This document shows, piece by piece, positions 12,061 through 24,612 of a DNA stretch of 64,000 bases. The number at the start of each line of letters is the position of its first letter. Position 1 is the first letter of the stretch. The translations under genes and the position numbers were made by a program. This stretch comes from Octopus sinensis (Eukaryota). Below the pieces are notes generated by a model, which searched no databases, was not told the DNA's origin, and worked only from the letters and a program-made list of their open reading frames with translations. The stretch is taken from positions 134,664,001 to 134,728,000 of the forward strand of contig NC_043000.1 of NCBI RefSeq assembly GCF_006345805.1. The letters run 5' to 3'.

Positions 12061-13114
12061 CAGCATAATAATTTATGCCTAAATAGTAGACATATAAAAT
12101 GTTGCTGTGATGTAATTAAAGAAAATTATTTGTGTGAAAATGTTATTTTATTTAATATAATTAAAAAAACAACTAAAAATCTCACTAATAATAACAATAC
12201 AAGCACATTGCAATAAATTTGTAATATAGTTGATTGAATTCTATAGCTTTAATAATTAGCTCGCTATATGAAAACTTAATACTGATGAGGTACTACCATA
12301 TATGATATAGTATGCCTAGAAATATTAGTTGTAAGAATAGTCAGCTAAATGAGTACTTTCAGTTTTTTTTTTAAAAAGCAAGGGGAAACAACCCTGGAAT
12401 ATATATTAAAAATGGGTTATGACCTATCTTTAAAATGATACTCCAGCTGTGAAACCGATATCTGGTTTGAGGGAGATTAATTGCTATTTCTAGCAGGTTG
12501 AATGCAACTATAATTGAGCAACAAACAGGCGTATTATTTGATTTTACAAGCTTGACAAAAATGTATAAGACCAATGGATTACAGTAACTAAGGATGTACT
12601 ATCAAATTTGTACATAATTCTATTACGTAAGCAATTCATTTTACTGAAAATAACGTATTCGTTTGTTCATTTTTATATCTGCTTTTCCATGCTAGCATGG
12701 ATTAGACGACTTATTGAAGCAGTATTTTACAGTCAGAGGCGCTTCCTATGTTTTTCAAGTAAGGAATTTAAAAAATTTCATTGGTTGTCACAAGTGGCAA
12801 AGCTTATAGGACAATGTTTACAAGGGACGTAAACATGATATCACTGTTTTGGCCATGTGAAAGCATATAATTTGTAAATATTTATACACAAGCACACACA
12901 GTTTATGCCTATCAATTTCACTAACAAGGCATTGGTTAGCCCGAGTCTATAATAGAAATCACCCGTCCAAGATGTTGTGCAATGGGATAGATCCTGAAAT
13001 CGTGTAATAATGCAGTAAACTTTGTATCCACACATTCATGCCTGAGCCAAATTAATAAATTCAATATACTGCATCAAATTAAATTAGTAAATTTCATGTT
13101 CTGAATTACCGTAC

Positions 13115-13228
13115 CTGGAGTTGGCCAAATCGATAATATGAAAGCTTGTACATTAAGCAATTCAAAAGTGTTGAAGAGCCGGCTGCATCAACTCGAAACT
13201 CTCCTTGTGGTGTGAAATAATCAGATTC
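13115..13228 (-). CDS. STT3B: STT3B exon: [38 protein letters not shown]
   Basis: 114 nt; ttttag/gtacgg; not in ORF track, read by hand. Confidence 0.96.
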
Positions 13229-13670
13229 CTAAAACAAAAGTTATACAATATTAATCAACAAAGAAAGACTTCAACTTATCATTAGATACGTAAACAATGA
13301 AACGGTAACTGGGTAAATCAAACCTCAATAGAGAATATGTAAATATTATGTAGGAAAACAAATTTTGTATTACTTAAAGCAGTAATTTACTTAATGATGC
13401 AAGCTGATTTAGTGATTAAAATGTTTCATTATACTTCAGCATCAACGAAATTTCTCTCCAAATGTTTTGCTTTGCTCATCTCACAACAATATTCATCTAC
13501 TCTTGCTAGCGGGAGTCGGACAAATTTATTATACAGCATCTTCCTAAGTGCATCATCTCATCATTAATGCTTGTTATGCTCAGGTTTATCATACATCTTC
13601 CTTGGCCAATTTCAGCTGTGACTAACTCACAGCGTGGTTTTATATCGTCTATTTATGATTATCTCTACTG

Positions 13671-13848
13671 TGGTGGCACGTAAAAAGCACCCACTACACT
13701 CACGGAGTGGTTGGCGTTAGGAAGGGCATCCAGCTGTAGAAACACTGCCAGATCAGACTGGAGCCTGGTGCAGCCTCCTGGCTTCCAAGACCCCGGTCGA
13801 ACCGCGCAACCCATGCTAGCATGGAAAACTGCCGTTGAACGATGATGA
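13671..13848 (+). mobile_element. family-A repeat
   Basis: Consensus match. Confidence 0.85.
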
Positions 13849-14179
13849 CGCTTCTGGTAAATATTTCTGAATCTAACTCACTTTAACTTACACTCAATTT
13901 CTAAGTCAACACTGGACACACAACAGATCATACGTAAATCCTTGTCCACTCAGTGTATAACTACTAATCGCATTGTATTACAGTATTATTTATACTTGAA
14001 ATTCCCAATCATTTTTACACTAAACTACAAATATAAACAAAATTTTGAAACAGAAGCAGATGGTTACATGATTTATCACTAATACTTCATTTTCTTGAAG
14101 GTCACAGTGTCAATCGCCTTATCAATTTCATTCATATCTAATCATATCCAGTACACAGATATTATAACATTTTCTTTTC

Positions 14180-15500
14180 TTTTAATCACAGAATCTGGAA
14201 AAGAAGGAGTTGGAAGCTTAAGAACTCTTCACATGGTCAGAGATTTAGGGATACCCTTACCGAGAAATTTGATGCTAGGGAGGAGGAGCTACAGTCCTGT
14301 GACATAGAAGAAAGCTGGGAATTCCTGTGAGACAGCTTGCTGAGTGCCACAGACCAAATCTGTGGCTGGTGCAAAGTCCCTTCCAGGGTAACATGATGGT
14401 GGAACAATACTGTAGACAGGGCCATTAGAGAAAAGAAACAGGCTTGGAAAAGTGGGGAGAATGTATCAGATAGCCAAAAGGGAAGTTAGGAGACAGGTAT
14501 ATATAGCCAAGGGAGTAGAAAAAAAGAAGTTTGCTAACGTTCAGCGATGCGAGGACCAAAGAACTGAAGTATTTTGGATTGCAAGACATTGTGGGAGAGA
14601 AATATGTCCACATGGATGATGGTGCCCTTGCATTTAATGATTCTGCAAAGAAAGAGGCTTGGAGATGCCATTATGAAAGACTGCTGAATGTGAAGAATAA
14701 ATAGGAGGAGAGTCTGCCAAAGGTTGACCCAATTGAGGGACCTGTTCGATCAGTAGAAAAGGCGTGGGTAGAAACTCCATACGATGTACTCAGTGTAAGC
14801 TATGGACACATTAAAGGTGCAGCAATATCAAAGGAAAGTTAACCGGGAAAATAGTTTTTGTATGTGGCAGATGCACAGGGGCAATAAACACTGAAAATGT
14901 ACAGAAAACAGATTCTATCACATCTATTAGTTAATCGCTTCCGCTACCTAGGTGACCAAGTCTGTAGCGGGGGTGATTGCTCTGAGAGTGTAGTGACTAG
15001 AATAAGAATAGCCCGGGTAAAGTTCAGGGAGTTCCTACCTTTGCTGGTAACTAAGGGCCTCTCGCTCAGGATGAAAGGTAGACTGTATGATGCATGTGTG
15101 TGAACTGCCATGCTACACGGCAGTGAAACATGGGCCATGACTACTACTGAGGACATGCTTAGGCTTGAAAGAAATGAAGCTAGTATGATTGGCTGGATGT
15201 GTAATGTCAGTGTGCATACATGACAGAGTGTAAGCACCCTGAGAGAAAAGTTGGGTATAAGCAGCATCAAATATGGTGTGCAAGAGAGACGACTATGCTG
15301 GTATGGTCATGTGTTATGTATGGATGAGGACAGTTGCGTGAGGAAGTACCACTCCCTAACTGTGGAAGAGGTAGACTCAGGAAGACATGGGATGAGGTGG
15401 TGAAGCATGACCTTTGAACATTGGGTCTCATAGAGGCAATGATAGGAGACCGAGACCTTTGGAGACATGCTGGATTGAGAAAACCTGGCAACTAAAGTGA
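14180..15500 (+). mobile_element. RTE-clade LINE ORF2 remnant with internal deletion
   Basis: WWNNTVDRAIREKKQAWK; FRYLGDQV...KGRLYDACV*TAMLHGSETW; ERRLCWYGHV. Confidence 0.85.
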
Positions 15501-15562
15501 GATCGCAGCCATACATGTCTGGCTCAGTTAAGAGTACCATTGATGCAGCGTGCGATATATAC

Positions 15563-15945
15563 TTGTGAAGACCTGTTGAGTCAAGTAAAACCAATATTGT
15601 AGCTGTGGCCAGTGCCCCCTGACTGGCTCTTGTGCCGGTGGCACGCAAAAAGCACCATCTGAATGTGGCCAATGCCAGTACCCCCTGAATGGCCTGTATG
15701 CTGGTGGCATGTAGAAAGCACTACCCAAACGTGATCTATGCCAGGCCTGCCTCCTGTGTCAGTGGCACGTAAAAAGCACCCACTACACTCTCAGAGTGGT
15801 TGGCATTAGGAAGGGCATCCAGCTGTAGAAACCGTGTCAGATCAGATTGGAGCCTGGTGCAGCTGCTGGTTCTCCAGACCTCAGTCAAACTGTCCAACCC
15901 ATGCCAGCATGGAAAATGGACGTTAAACGATGATGATGATGATGA
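15563..15945 (+). mobile_element. family-A repeat following RTE ORF2 end
   Basis: gtgaagacctgttgag leader, tandem units, family A core. Confidence 0.8.
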
Positions 15946-15963
15946 CAGAACACTATTTAAGCT

Positions 15964-16111
15964 ATTGCAGCATGGAAGGTGTCTATAAGCCATTTAAAAA
16001 CACACAAAAACCATTAGATTCACTTTAACATTTAAATTTAATTTGTCAAAATATTTTTGTCGCTTTGAAACTGTGACCTGTTCACTGACAAAATTCTGTG
16101 CTGCATCTATA
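15964..16111 (-). mobile_element. short element with hammerhead-like motif (family H2)
   Basis: 12-bp TSD ACTATTTAAGCT (15952-15963, 16112-16123); homologous to 6500-6640. Confidence 0.7.
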
Positions 16112-16222
16112 ACTATTTAAGCTGTTTTTAGAAATACCAAATCACTGTTTAAAAAAAGCTATGGTCAAATTATTATTAGTTAGATCAATGTTACATAAAT
16201 TAGTTAAACCATATAAACTTAC

Positions 16223-16396
16223 TCTGATATCTTTTGGGTGTTCTCCTTCAGCAATTCTCACCATCCATAAAAATTTATTAATGTCATCCCCAGAGTAACC
16301 TATGACACCACCGAATATCACAAGTACATAGTTAACATCTAAAGATCGCATGATGTCATACGCTGCTGTCTCATTTGATGACATAGCTTTGCCAAC
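16223..16396 (-). CDS. STT3B: STT3B exon: [13 protein letters not shown]...[23 protein letters not shown]
   Basis: 174 nt; attcag/gtaagt; DxxK motif. Confidence 0.97.
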
Positions 16397-16881
16397 CTGA
16401 ATAGTGAAGAAGAATAGTATAGAATGGTAATTTCAATATCAATTTCATAGACACAAAGCAAACAGTTTAAAAGGAAGGTTAAGTGCATTACACTGAACCT
16501 AATGTATAACTGGTACTTATATCATTGATTCCAGAGAGATGAAAGTTTAAGTTGATCCCACTAGCCTTAGTATTCAGAAAATAGCAGAACAAAATATTGT
16601 TTTTTTTTCAACTAGGCATCATGGCTATATTAATTTTGGTTAAAATAAGACAATATTACATGTGAAAAGTAAGCCTATATTTTCATGGTCAACTATAGAA
16701 CTAGCAAATAAAAAATTAAACTGAAAATCAATGATGCAGACCTTTAATTAATACAGAGATATAAAAAAATTAAAAAGAAAAACATAATTTAGGTATTTAG
16801 AAAAGAATATAATCAGAAATGTTTATTTAATGAAAAAAAAATGAATAATCATAAAATAATAAAAAACAAAAAAAACCTTAC

Positions 16882-17053
16882 CAATGCTATATGGCTGTTG
16901 TTCCAAGTATTATTATCTACTAATGTAGTCCGATTTCCCATTCCAGCAATCTGATAACCGTAGTCCCACCAAGACATTATTCTTGCTTTATCATGTGTAT
17001 TTTGACGTAGCCAATAATAAGCTTCACGGAAATCATCTAAAATAGTGCGGCTC
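16882..17053 (-). CDS. STT3B: STT3B exon: (G)[19 protein letters not shown]...[31 protein letters not shown]
   Basis: 172 nt; caccag/gtaagg; WWDYG motif. Confidence 0.98.
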
Positions 17054-17359
17054 CTGGTGAAAAGAGAACACATTTCCATATGCAGAGATGAACACAACAT
17101 TAATTTTTTTTACAATAGCAAACATAAATAGAGACATATCTCTTTACTGCAGATATTTTCACCATTCAATTTTTGCAAACAACTGAAAAATTATATTAAC
17201 CTCCTCCTACCCTTAGACTAAATAGTATGTAAATTAACACATTTTTCAAACTTGACCATCAGTTCACATGTCTACTAAAAGCCAAAATTCAGTTAACAGT
17301 CTCCCACTTTCACAGTGCAATTCCTGCTTCCTCTCCTGCTAATTGACTGCTCTAACCAC

Positions 17360-17580
17360 TACCCACAAGGGTCTAAACATAGAGAGGACAATCAAGGACA
17401 GACAAAAAGATTAAGTCGATTACATTGACCCCAGTGCGAAACTGGTACTTTATTTATTGACCCCGAAAGGATGAAAGGCAAAGCCGACCTTGGCAGAATT
17501 TGAACTCAGAACATAACGACAGACGAAATACTGTTAAGCATTTCGCCCGGCGCGCTAACGCGTCTGCCAGCTCGCCGCCT
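17360..17580 (-). mobile_element. SINE family C
   Basis: Same head and body. Confidence 0.85.
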
Positions 17581-17817
17581 TCATATATATATATATATAT
17601 ATCAAAAACTGCACTGTTCAAATTGAAATCTTTTCTTCTAGATGAGAAAATGTGATTTGAGGGAGATTCAGCTGCTACTTCAACCAATTTGAGTGACTGC
17701 ATTGAAGCTTCCTCCCTCCCCAACAATAGATGCTATAGAATTAACAATATGGATTTTTTTATGCTTGCATTGATTTCACGAATACTGACACAGATAATAC
17801 AAAACTGGTATGCTTAC

Positions 17818-18005
17818 CCATCATGGTTAAATGAAGCGAGTACAATACTAGGACTTGAGTACGCACTACTTGTAACCCAAGTACAATGGACAGCAAAAAG
17901 CATTAACATCATCACAACTGCAATGTTTATGATACTTTTGATATTAATGCCAAGGCTTTCTTGTTCCTTGGGCTTGTCATCTTTTATCTTCTTGGCTTTA
18001 CCAAC
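17818..18005 (-). CDS. STT3B: STT3B exon: VGKAKKIKDD...CTWVTSSAYSSPSIVLASFNHD(G)
   Basis: 188 nt; tttaag/gtaagc. Confidence 0.95.
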
Positions 18006-18087
18006 CTTAAACATTGAAAGAAAAGGAAAACTGATGCAGAAATAATTCACTTATATTTTCAATAGATTTTCTAAGACATAATTTACT

Positions 18088-18888
18088 TTGTTACACTTGT
18101 GAAGACCTGTTGAGGCAAGTGAAAATCAAATCAAATCAAAATAGATGAACATCAATGGAATTTGTATCTTTGTGGTTCCAGTACCGGTGGCACACAAGAA
18201 AACCATCCGATCGTGGCCGTTCGCCAGCCACATCTGGCACCTGTGTCGGTGGCACATAAAGACACCATCCGAAGACCCGGCGACGTAGACAGTCCACCTG
18301 TGCATACCTTCCTTCTTGTGACACTTGTGAAGACCTGTTGAGGCAAGTGAAAATCAAATCAAATCAAAACAAATCAAAATAGATGAACATAAATGGAATT
18401 TGTATCTTTGTGGTACCAGTGCCGGTGGCACACAAGAAAATCATCCGAACGTGGCCGTAGCCAGTACCGCATAGACTGGCCTCCGTGCTTTGGGGACGTA
18501 ACAAACACCATCCGATCGTGGCCGTCCGCCAGCCTCATCTGGCACCTGTGTCGGTGGCACATAAAAACACCATCCGAGCGTGGCCGTCTGCCAGCCTCGT
18601 CTGGCACCTGCCAGCCTCATCTGGCACCTGTGTCGGTGGCACATAAAAACACCATCCGAGCGTGGCCGTTCGCCAGCCTCGTCTGGCACCTGTGTCGGTG
18701 GCACATAAAATCACCCACTACACTGTCGGAGTGGTTGGCGTTAGGAAGGGCATCCAGCTGTAGAAACACTGCCAGATCTGACTGGCCTGGTGCAGCCTTC
18801 GGGCTCCCCAGACCCCAGTTGAACCGTCCAACCCATGCTAGCATGGAAAACGGACGCTAAATGATGATGATGATGATGATGATGATGA
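18088..18888 (+). mobile_element. long family-A repeat with nested tandem duplications
   Basis: ~225-bp duplicated leader and several ~55-60-bp units. Confidence 0.85.
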
Positions 18889-18981
18889 ATAACCATAATA
18901 AAATTATTTTTTCATCATGACTGTTCTGTGTGTATGCCTATCCTGTCAAAATAATATGTACTGATAGAGATAAAATACACC

Positions 18982-19013
<32 letters not shown>

Positions 19014-19240
19014 AAGCACCATCTGATCGTGGCCGTTTGCCAGCCTCGTCTGGCACCTGTGCCGGTGGCACGTAAAAAGCACCCACTACACTCATGGAGT
19101 GATTGGCGTTAGGAAGGGCATCCAGCCATAGAAACATTGCCAGATCAGACTGGGCCTGGTGCAGCCTTCTGGCTTCCCAGACCCCGGTTGCACCGTCCAA
19201 CCCATGCCAGCATGGAAAGCGGACGCTAAACGATGATGAT
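19014..19240 (+). mobile_element. family-A repeat
   Basis: Consensus match. Confidence 0.85.
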
Positions 19241-19779
19241 ATATATAATATACATGCATGTGTGTACGTACTATAACATATATTTTCTTGCACTGGTTTC
19301 AGGTATTGGGCTGTGGCCACGAGGGGTGCCACCTTCAAAGGTTTTAGACAATCTTATGGCTGCCAATACTTTGATACTTATTTTATTGTTCTGTACTTAT
19401 ATTATGGCTAAATCCACCAGAGGGACATAATATACAGTTAGATATACACACACATTCAAGATAAATACTTTAGATAAAAAAATTATAAAACGTCTATGTG
19501 AAACAATTTCCAGTGTGTATATTTCTCAAAATATACATTCTGAAGCAGTAAACTTGTGGTCACAATATGAATTACAACAATACCAATATAATTTATTGAA
19601 AATAAGCAAAATGACTAGGGAACTATGCAATCCATACTCTACAGCAGTGCTTATTTAAGTGGAAGCAGTATAGCAAGGGAAAGGGAGGAAATATATTTTA
19701 ATTGTTCTAATTTTCAAAAAATATTTTCTTTTTTTTCTTCTGAGTGTGAATATTCTAGTAATAATATTAGTGGTTGAAT

Positions 19780-20040
19780 TATGGCAGTGAACTGGCAGAA
19801 TCATTAGCATGGCTGGCAGAGTCGTTAGCATAACTGGCAGAATCATTAGCATGGCTGGCAGAGTCGTTAGCATAACTGGCAGAGTCATTAGCATGGCAGG
19901 CAAAATGCTTAGCAGTATTTTTGTCTGTCTTTATTGCTCTGAATTGACTTAGCCTCTCATCCTTTCAGAGTTGATAAAATAAGTACCAGTTGAACTCTGG
20001 GGCCAATGTAATCAACTTACCCTTCCCCCAAAATTTTAAA
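19780..20040 (+). mobile_element. SINE family C, degraded, with 5 x 21-bp head repeat
   Basis: Tandem units at 19792-19896, then the family C body. Confidence 0.75.
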
Positions 20041-20633
20041 CCAATATCAGTAGCTGAAATGTTTTGTCATTCCATATGATATAGATGAAATGACTCAAGT
20101 GCAATTAGTCTTTTAATGGTAATCAACTCATCAGCGGAGATGATTTGTGTTGTATTTAGTTTTGTTGAATTGCAGTAAAGCGAAGTTGAAAGAGTGTGAG
20201 TAAGAGAAAGGGAGTGATAGCTATATATATATAATATATATATGTAATAATAATAATAATAATATGAGGGAATATTATTCCAAACTTACAGGGAAAAATT
20301 CAATTTAGAAATACTAAATCAAATTTTACAAAATATAATATATATATAAATTAGAAAAAAACCCACCTTTTATCAATTCAATAATGAAAAATTAAATTAT
20401 ACTATTTAGAAAAATTACATCTTATAGAAAGATTAAATACAAGATAAAACATATAACAATGATTAAGTAAATTGCAAAATAACAAATAAAACGTTTATAT
20501 ACATTTTATATATATGTTTTATTTATTATTTACTTAATCATTGTTATATGTTTTATCTTATATTTAATATTTCTATAAGATGTAATTTTTCTAAACGGTA
20601 TAATTTAAATTATTGAATTGATAAAAGGTTCTA

Positions 20634-20670
<37 letters not shown>

Positions 20671-20740
20671 TTGAAATGCACTGCTGTATGGTTTGAGACA
20701 TTTTTGTTTTGTCAGTAATCATTACAAAGAGGTTCGTTAC

Positions 20741-20937
20741 CTTATCATAGAGGCGGTCATTTCTGTTTTCTTGAGACTCATTCTTCTGTTTGGTTTTTGG
20801 GCTGTCATCTTTAGAATACACTTCAAATGTTTTGGAGAAGGCAATAGCAGCTAACACACAGACTATTGGTGTCAGAGTCAACATCAGTCGCACCATCACA
20901 CCAGCAAAGTAACTTGCACTTATAGCATACAACACAA
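20741..20937 (-). CDS. STT3B: STT3B exon: (V)VLYAISASYFAGVMVRLMLTLTP...NDRLYDK
   Basis: 197 nt; ctccag/gtaacg. Confidence 0.96.
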
Positions 20938-21207
20938 CTGGAGAAAGACAATGAAAAATCCCTTAGTTATATTGTACTACACCATGAAGAAGAGATGACA
21001 TTCTTACTTATATTTATTGATTTACTGTCTTCAAGATATTAAAAATTCTGTGTTAAAAATAATTAAAAATGTTAAAAATCAAATGCTCAAAATTACTTTC
21101 TCATGCACATATATATGTGTATGTGATGATGTATGTATATACATACATATGAAGATAATAATACAGATAAACATGATTAGGCTTGATATATGTAAATACA
21201 CATATAG

Positions 21208-21238
<31 letters not shown>

Positions 21239-21882
21239 GGGATATATAAAGACTTCAGAGTTTAAGTTCAAATCATTTTAGCACTACTATGTGTTTTCTC
21301 TACTGAATATCTCTAGATCTCACCTGTTGAATGTATACATATATGTGAATATATAAAATAATTTGTATATCTATTTTCCATGATGTCATAGGTTGGGTAG
21401 TTCAAGAGAATTTGAATCAGTTTTGTTGGAGTTACAGCCTTTGTAGATGAGTTGGAGGACCTTATCTAGCTCAGACATCTCAGCTTTGATATAATTTCTA
21501 CAGCTTGATGTCTTTCCTAATATTAACTTTATGGAGTGTACTGGATGCATTTTACTAAGGCATTAACACAAGAGAATTCTTCCTAACTGAGAAGCTGAAT
21601 AGAAGAAAATAACAATGACAGAAGAAGAGCAAGGGCAGGTGAGAGGATGTGGCAGATGGGAACAAAAGTGATGGATAAATGGTGAGTGAATGACACCTAT
21701 GGTACCAGATGTTTTGAGGATGAATGTGAGAGAGCATAGAAGAAATAATGACAAAATGTATGGGGCAGATGTAGATCTGATGAAGTCCTTTATGCATATG
21801 GGTTGAGATTGGCAAGAGGAATACAGTGATAAAATATGAGGGCAGGAAGGAAAAAACGAAATAATAAAACACGATTTTCCGT

Positions 21883-22100
21883 GACCGCTGCCAGTACCGC
21901 CCGACTGGCCCTCATGCCGGTGGCACGTAAAAGCACCCACTACACTCTCGGAATGGTTGGCATTAGGAAGGGCATCCAGCTGTACAAACTCTGCCAAATC
22001 AAGATTGGAGCCTGGTGCAGCCATCTGGTTCACCTGTCCTCAGTCAAATTGTCCAACCCATGCTATCATGGAAAGTGGATGTTAAACGACGACGATGATG
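21883..22100 (+). mobile_element. family-A repeat
   Basis: Consensus match. Confidence 0.82.
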
Positions 22101-23392
22101 AGAGGGTCAGGTACAGTATGGCAAACAGAAAAAAGAGATCCACATCTATATTAGGTCATACCACTAGCACTGTACAGTGAGAGTTAAAACAAGAGAGTGA
22201 CTGAGAGAGACAGAGGCATGGGCAATACAGGTATAGGTGATACTGGCACGAACGATAGAGGGATGAGTAATAAGAATATCTTGTGATATAGTGGTAGGCA
22301 TTAGATGAGTTCAAATGGTGAGAGGTTATCAAATAGACAGATGCTGTAGAATTACACTAACGGTAAGAATGCTAGATGCACATTTCTGCCTCACTGGCTT
22401 CTCCAGTAGCATGTATTCACTGCCATCTGTACATTAAGCCAAAATTTCTCACTACTGATACAGGGGAAACAATGACTGAACATGCACTGGTGTTGCAATT
22501 AACTGCCCAGCTGAATTAAAATTCATTAAATGCCACTGAAAAAGTATTAGATTAAAATAGTCAGATGTCGTAAGAGGCAACTAAACTGGTTGGCAATAGA
22601 AAGGGTATCCTGATGTAGAACACTGCCTCAGAAAAACTGTCCAACCCATGCCAGCATGGAAAGGATGTAAAATGCTATGGCAATTTGCTGTACTTGATAA
22701 GATGGGTCAAACTAAGTAAAATTGCTGTCTTCCACACACATGGGTTTGTCCTTTCAGGTGCTGGCGCTACATAAATGCACTTGTGCCAGCATTGTGTAAA
22801 AGCACCTGAGCTGGTGGCATGTAAAAAGCACCCAGCACATTCTGTTAAGTGGTTGGCATTAGGAAGGGCATCTAAGCAAGTAACAACAGACAACTGGAGT
22901 TTGGATAGCTCAATGTCAAACCCTGCCAGTATGGAAAGCAGACATTAAACGATGATGATATATAGATATATATGTATGTATATATAAGATAATTCAAGTA
23001 AATAAAGAGAATAATACATCTACACAGTTTTTATCAATCCAGTCATTTATACAGCATATTTAATTTAAATCTCTGTCCAACATATGTTTCTGCTGCAAGG
23101 ATATCTCACAATGTAAATATACTGTATAAACGACTAGAATATTAAAAGCTGTGTAGATGTATTATTCTCCATAGTTATTTGAATTGTCTTGGATATACAC
23201 TCAGCAAACTGTTTATAATCCAATGATGCAAACCCAGGATTTACCCATTGGATGAAATACATTTGGATTGTTTACTTCACATAGTCCTATGTTATTCCTT
23301 ACCATATGATGTGGTTGGCCACAACTTGAATTATACTAGAGTGCTTGAGCAGTATCTGCCTGGATTTATTATCCCTATCTATTCACTACATA

Positions 23393-23450
<58 letters not shown>

Positions 23451-23605
23451 CATACATATATATATATGGGAAGCAGTTCTATTTGGAGGCATGCATGCAC
23501 TATTGAAACCAATTTTAAAATAGCTTACCATCAATGGCATTAATTTGCAAGTACTCACTAAACTGAATTTAAAACTGGTTTGTCACACATCACATGGAAA
23601 CTTAC

Positions 23606-23809
23606 CAAAAACTCTTTCATCATTGACATCACGTATGCAGAACCAAACTCCAGCAGGGAACGCACAGACCAAAATGTGAAGATCAAAGAAAAAAGAAACC
23701 CAAGTTGTAGGTTGATGTTCTGATACTGAAGCTATAATAGGAATGTGGATTTTAGCATAACCGGTATCCCAAAGAGAATAGAACCTTCCACTCCATGGTG
23801 CAATAAAAC
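23606..23809 (-). CDS. STT3B: STT3B exon: (G)[36 protein letters not shown]...VNDERVF(V)
   Basis: 204 nt; tttcag/gtaagt; SVSE motif. Confidence 0.97.
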
Positions 23810-24336
23810 CTGAAAAAAAAAAAGACAAATGAAAATAAAGGCATTATTTTTTAAAATAATAATTTTGAATAATTTATATTTTGCAGGGTTTCATAGCATT
23901 ACTGTTTCAGCTGGTCTTTAAAAGTAATAGTTGATCTCAAAAATACTGCTGTCATATATTTAAAAGATCACAGCTATTGAGCAATTATGAGGTAGAAATA
24001 GGAAAGTCTAGTGGTATCAGTTTCAAAATGTTAATTTGAAAATTATCCTCTGGAAGGAATATGTAAAACTTTGTTTGAGATGAACATTGAAATAAGGAAA
24101 AAATATGAAAGCTGTTTAAATTGTAAATGAAGAGAATAAGTTATACATTTTGTGGGACAGTATGAACAAATAAGTTTAGTAAAAGTTGAACACTGGAAAG
24201 TTGAAGATCAATGCTTGAGGAAAATACATATTTGATGTGATGGTTATGAAGGGTAAATTTTGTCTGACCTCCAAAGTATGTCAAATGTTAAGAAATACAT
24301 GTAGTAATCTTTAAAATTAATAATGATGATGATGAT

Positions 24337-24612
24337 TGCCAGTGCCGCCCCGACTGGCCTCGTGCCAGTGGCACATAAAAAGCACCATCCGTTCGTGGCC
24401 GTTTTCCAGCTCTGTCTGGCACCTGTGTGGGTGGCACGTAAAAAGCACCCACTACACTCACGGAGTGGTTGGCGTTAGGAAGGGCATCCAGCCGTAGAAA
24501 CACTGCCAGATCTGACTAGGCCTGATAAAGCCTTCCTGCTTCAGACCCCAGTTGAACCGTCCAACCCATGCTAGCATGGAAAACGGATGCTAAACGATGA
24601 TGATGATGATGA
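24337..24612 (+). mobile_element. family-A repeat inserted into a (GAT)n tract
   Basis: Empty site visible in the paralogous segment 27240-27346. Confidence 0.85.

Noticed and set aside
13440-13660. Minus-strand peptide fragment vaguely like a hAT transposase
   Set aside because: Too short and degenerate to support by eye.
17689-18045. 118-aa plus-strand ORF antisense to an STT3B exon
   Set aside because: Antisense shadow of the real exon with no independent evidence.
18088-18720. Regularly recurring repeats reminiscent of a CRISPR array
   Set aside because: Eukaryotic intron; units are tandem duplications without unique spacers; no cas genes.
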